A stretch of 64,000 nucleotides of DNA. Origin: Gammaproteobacteria bacterium. GTDB taxonomy: Bacteria; Pseudomonadota; Gammaproteobacteria; JAIEPX01. The notes under the pieces were generated by a model that did not search any database, had not been told where the DNA came from, and was given only the letters and a program-made list of their open reading frames with translations. The translations under genes were made by a program, and so were the position numbers. The DNA is taken from NCBI GenBank assembly GCA_019748175.1, contig JAIEPX010000012.1, positions 1,858 through 65,857 of the forward strand, read 5' to 3'. Below, in pieces: positions 61,210 through 64,000 of this stretch (positions within the stretch are counted from its first letter, which is position 1; each line of letters opens with the position of its first letter).

Positions 61210-63213
61210 ATGCAAGGTAAACCACGAGAATTATCTGCTGAGGAAAAAGCATTACTTGCCAAATTCGATGCATCATCTTTCGGCAAACTACGCAAAGATT
61301 TTATCAGCGCTCTTGAAGATGCAGCAAGCAACTCATTCGGTTTAGAAAATGCGACTATAGTTTGTGGCAAAATAAAGCCATGGCTTCATAAAAATCCTGC
61401 TGCTACACCTGCTGAAATCTTTCGACAACTAACTAATTGGTTAACTGACGCTAAACTCGATGAAGGTTTTGGCAAGGGGACTCGCAATTTTATTAATAAA
61501 TTAGTTGATATCTTCACTACCCACACTAACTTAATAATCGATAGTATAACTAATAAAGAACTTGCTTCTCTTGATGCACCTGCCCCATCTGCTCAATCAG
61601 CTAAGGTTCAATCACAAGACCAATCACATCTTAAGCTGCTTGAAGACCTTAGAGCGGAAATCGCTATATTTAAAGGTAGCATTACGACCCTTGAACTTGA
61701 AAAAAGTAGTCTTAGTAGTAAAGTAGGCTCTCAATCGAGAGAAATTGATAACCTAAGTGGTGAAATAGCTCAACAAAAAACTGAATTGTCTCAATTAAGG
61801 AAAACTAATCAAGATGGTCTTATCACTTTAGAATCTAATAAATTTCAATTAGAGCAACTAAAGCAAGCAGTTAAGGCACTTGAAGAGCTCAGAGACAGGT
61901 TGACTAAAGAAGCTGATGCAGACAAAGTAAAGATTCGTGAGCAGGCTGAAACAATTGCTTCTTTAAACGTCTCTAACATACAACTGAAAGCCACTGATGG
62001 ATCTAAAGATGCTCTTATCGCTCAATTAAAAGAAGATTCCTTAGCTCAAAAAACTCGAATAGAAAAACTCGAAGCTGAATTGCAACAATTGAGACAAACC
62101 TCTTATCAAGCGACTTCGGAAAATGCAACTCTGAAAGCTAGGCTTGAAGCAGCTGAGGCAGCCAGAGATAAGTCAGCGGCTGAATTAGATACTATTCGAT
62201 CAGCAAAGGAAACTATCGCTGTTGAGAAGGGAAGAGTTGATGGTAAACTTGAAGCCACAGAAAAAACAAACCAAGATTTGATTGCTCGCGAAACTGTTAT
62301 CGTTGAAAAAATGATAGCCTTCCAAGCAGCGCATCAAGAAGCAGAATCTCATGTTCGGGAAGCTGGTCAAGTTATCCATAGACTAATGACAGCAGCCCCA
62401 GAAGCCCCCACCCATGAAGCTCGTATTCAACTCGTTGAAGAATCATTCAGTAATGTTTCCGTTTCAGGTAGAAAAGCTCTAGGACTTAATGAAAGTATTA
62501 GAGAGATCAAACAACATAAAGCTAAAGCTCCGAAAACCCAGGCACCAGGTCATTCAGCAGCTCAGGCAGCTGGTCAAGCAGGACATTTCAAAACTCCTGG
62601 AGCAAAGACTGCAGCAGTAGCTACTGCTCCCGCCACTGGAAATGGCCAAAAGATTACCAAAATTGCGGATGCGAAAACATCAGAAGAAGCTTTAGAATTT
62701 CTTAAACCTAAAATCGTAGGTAAAGATCGCATCTCTGAAGTTCGATTTGAAGCTATTTTAGCGATCAGTAAGTTCCTCACCAAATATCTTACTGATAAAG
62801 GAGTTATCAAACCTGACGCTAACAACGCTCTCTATAAATCCTTGGTTGATGCTACCAAATTGCTCGTGGCTCCTGATGCAAATACTATCGAATCAGTATA
62901 TAAAAAACTCAATGATGAGAAACCTGGGGACCTAACAGAGCCTTTATTAAATGAATATAATGAAGTGCTCACAACACTAGCTGTAACAGAACCTCAGGGA
63001 GAAAAGTTCCAAACTCCAATCATCTATTGGGCACTTGCCAATTTCTTTGTCAAGGTAGCTCAAATTAAAGATATGAGTACTCACTTTACTTCTATCTATA
63101 CTAAATTGAACCCCGCACCGGCCAATGGTATAAATACTTCCGTCTTGGATGCTACAAAAGATCTTGGAAATACTACCGTTACTTCTATGAATGGCGGTCC
63201 GGGTAGTCACTAA
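61210..63213 (+). CDS. Hypothetical long coiled-coil protein (effector-like)
   Basis: Start refined to MQGKPRELSAEEK, which has GGAG upstream. About 400 aa of heptad-rich helix (LEELRDRL, LEAELQQLRQ) and an A/G/P-rich linker. Confidence 0.5.
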   Translation: MQGKPRELSAEEKALLAKFDASSFGKLRKDFISALEDAASNSFGLENATIVCGKIKPWLHKNPAATPAEIFRQLTNWLTDAKLDEGFGKGTRNFINKLVDIFTTHTNLIIDSITNKELASLDAPAPSAQSAKVQSQDQSHLKLLEDLRAEIAIFKGSITTLELEKSSLSSKVGSQSREIDNLSGEIAQQKTELSQLRKTNQDGLITLESNKFQLEQLKQAVKALEELRDRLTKEADADKVKIREQAETIASLNVSNIQLKATDGSKDALIAQLKEDSLAQKTRIEKLEAELQQLRQTSYQATSENATLKARLEAAEAARDKSAAELDTIRSAKETIAVEKGRVDGKLEATEKTNQDLIARETVIVEKMIAFQAAHQEAESHVREAGQVIHRLMTAAPEAPTHEARIQLVEESFSNVSVSGRKALGLNESIREIKQHKAKAPKTQAPGHSAAQAAGQAGHFKTPGAKTAAVATAPATGNGQKITKIADAKTSEEALEFLKPKIVGKDRISEVRFEAILAISKFLTKYLTDKGVIKPDANNALYKSLVDATKLLVAPDANTIESVYKKLNDEKPGDLTEPLLNEYNEVLTTLAVTEPQGEKFQTPIIYWALANFFVKVAQIKDMSTHFTSIYTKLNPAPANGINTSVLDATKDLGNTTVTSMNGGPGSH

Positions 63214-63232
63214 GTTGTAAAGGATATTTGTT

Positions 63233-64000
63233 ATGAAAAGAGCTCCGATTGAATTTGATAAGCTTAGCCATGATATCTGGCTCATAGAGGGTAAGCTCAA
63301 TGCTCGCTCTCTTTCTAAAGCAATGGAAGATGGCAAGCAATCAGCTAAAATTTGGAGCTCTTTTCAAGAGCATCTTATTCAAAGTGAAAGGGATACTCTT
63401 CTAAAGGAAAAAAATCCTCATTTACGACTCTACAGTGAGTTATACAGTCTTTTAGAATCTCCGGTTTCCGCTGATAAACAACGGAAGTTAGCCAAGTTGG
63501 TACAAAAACACTCTGTGTTTGTAGTCAATCAACTTCAGCATGATTCTGAACTTCGAATAAAGTTTCTTTTATCACTTCGGGATTGTTCGCATATAGCGTC
63601 TGAATATCGAATTCTACTCGAGCAAATTACAAAGACTCCGGCTCTTGCAAAGGATTTTGAAACGCTATTACTAGGTTATATGACTAATACGCCTTGCAAC
63701 CCTCCTCTTCACATTCCTTACCACAACAAAGGCCTTCGTAGTTTCCTAGTTAACAGCTACGAGACCTACCCTACAATATCATTGATGTTGCTGAGGAATC
63801 CTGAAAACTTTAAAATTGAGTTTATCGCACGTACTGTGTTATCTCGAAACACTCTGCCCTCTGAATTCAAGGCCGAACTTAAATCTCTTAGATGGCAATT
63901 TAGGAATTTACTTAAGTTAATAATCGCCTCTGTCTCTACGACGCTAGGCGATTTAATGTTTAACACTCCTCCCATCACCTCAAAACTTCTAGATACCATT
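63233..64000 (+). CDS. Hypothetical protein, 3'-truncated by the window edge (absent from the supplied ORF track)
   Basis: ATG at 63233, 19 nt after the previous stop. Frame 2 is open for 256 codons to the end of the window (MKRAPIEFDKLSHDIWLIEGKLNARSL...). Confidence 0.4.
   Translation, partial: MKRAPIEFDKLSHDIWLIEGKLNARSLSKAMEDGKQSAKIWSSFQEHLIQSERDTLLKEKNPHLRLYSELYSLLESPVSADKQRKLAKLVQKHSVFVVNQLQHDSELRIKFLLSLRDCSHIASEYRILLEQITKTPALAKDFETLLLGYMTNTPCNPPLHIPYHNKGLRSFLVNSYETYPTISLMLLRNPENFKIEFIARTVLSRNTLPSEFKAELKSLRWQFRNLLKLIIASVSTTLGDLMFNTPPITSKLLDTI

Overview
Low-GC (about 38-40% by eye) Gammaproteobacterial chromosome segment. Gene content and synteny point to a Legionellales-like intracellular bacterium (Legionella, Coxiella, Aquicella or similar).

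Conserved backbone, in order: smc (3' part) - zipA - ligA, then mutM, tsaC/sua5, fabV, udk, smr, prmB, asd/usg, fimV - truA, accD - folC - dedD-like - cvpA - miaE, a leucine/isovalerate catabolic cluster (liuA, thiolase, liuB, liuC), addB - addA, ppiB, a 4-gene Mla/Mce-type ABC transporter, and mip.

Three accessory blocks are inserted into this backbone.
(i) 5.76-13.1 kb, between ligA and mutM: a beta-helix protein, a VapBC toxin-antitoxin pair, a PAP2 phosphatase, a gene flanked by direct repeats, an HxlR regulator and a small secreted protein. The block is cut up by two families of short repeats.
(ii) 23.0-31.3 kb, between asd/usg and fimV: a run of ORFan, eukaryotic-like, effector-type proteins (one proline-rich with tandem repeats, one hyper-acidic) plus a 564-bp nested inverted-repeat element. 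The effector run 23.0-28.9 kb is bounded by copies of a third repeat family; the IR element lies 1.1 kb beyond the distal copy.
(iii) Scattered single genes with the same character: an F-box plus 13 ankyrin-repeat protein, and long coiled-coil proteins at 33.6, 46.8 and 61.2 kb.

No transposase, integrase, CRISPR array, rRNA or tRNA gene was recognised. The most system-like novelty is the set of repeat-bounded cassettes carrying effector-like genes, together with the nested-IR element at 30.1-30.7 kb. All homology calls are by eye from motifs and were not searched against databases.
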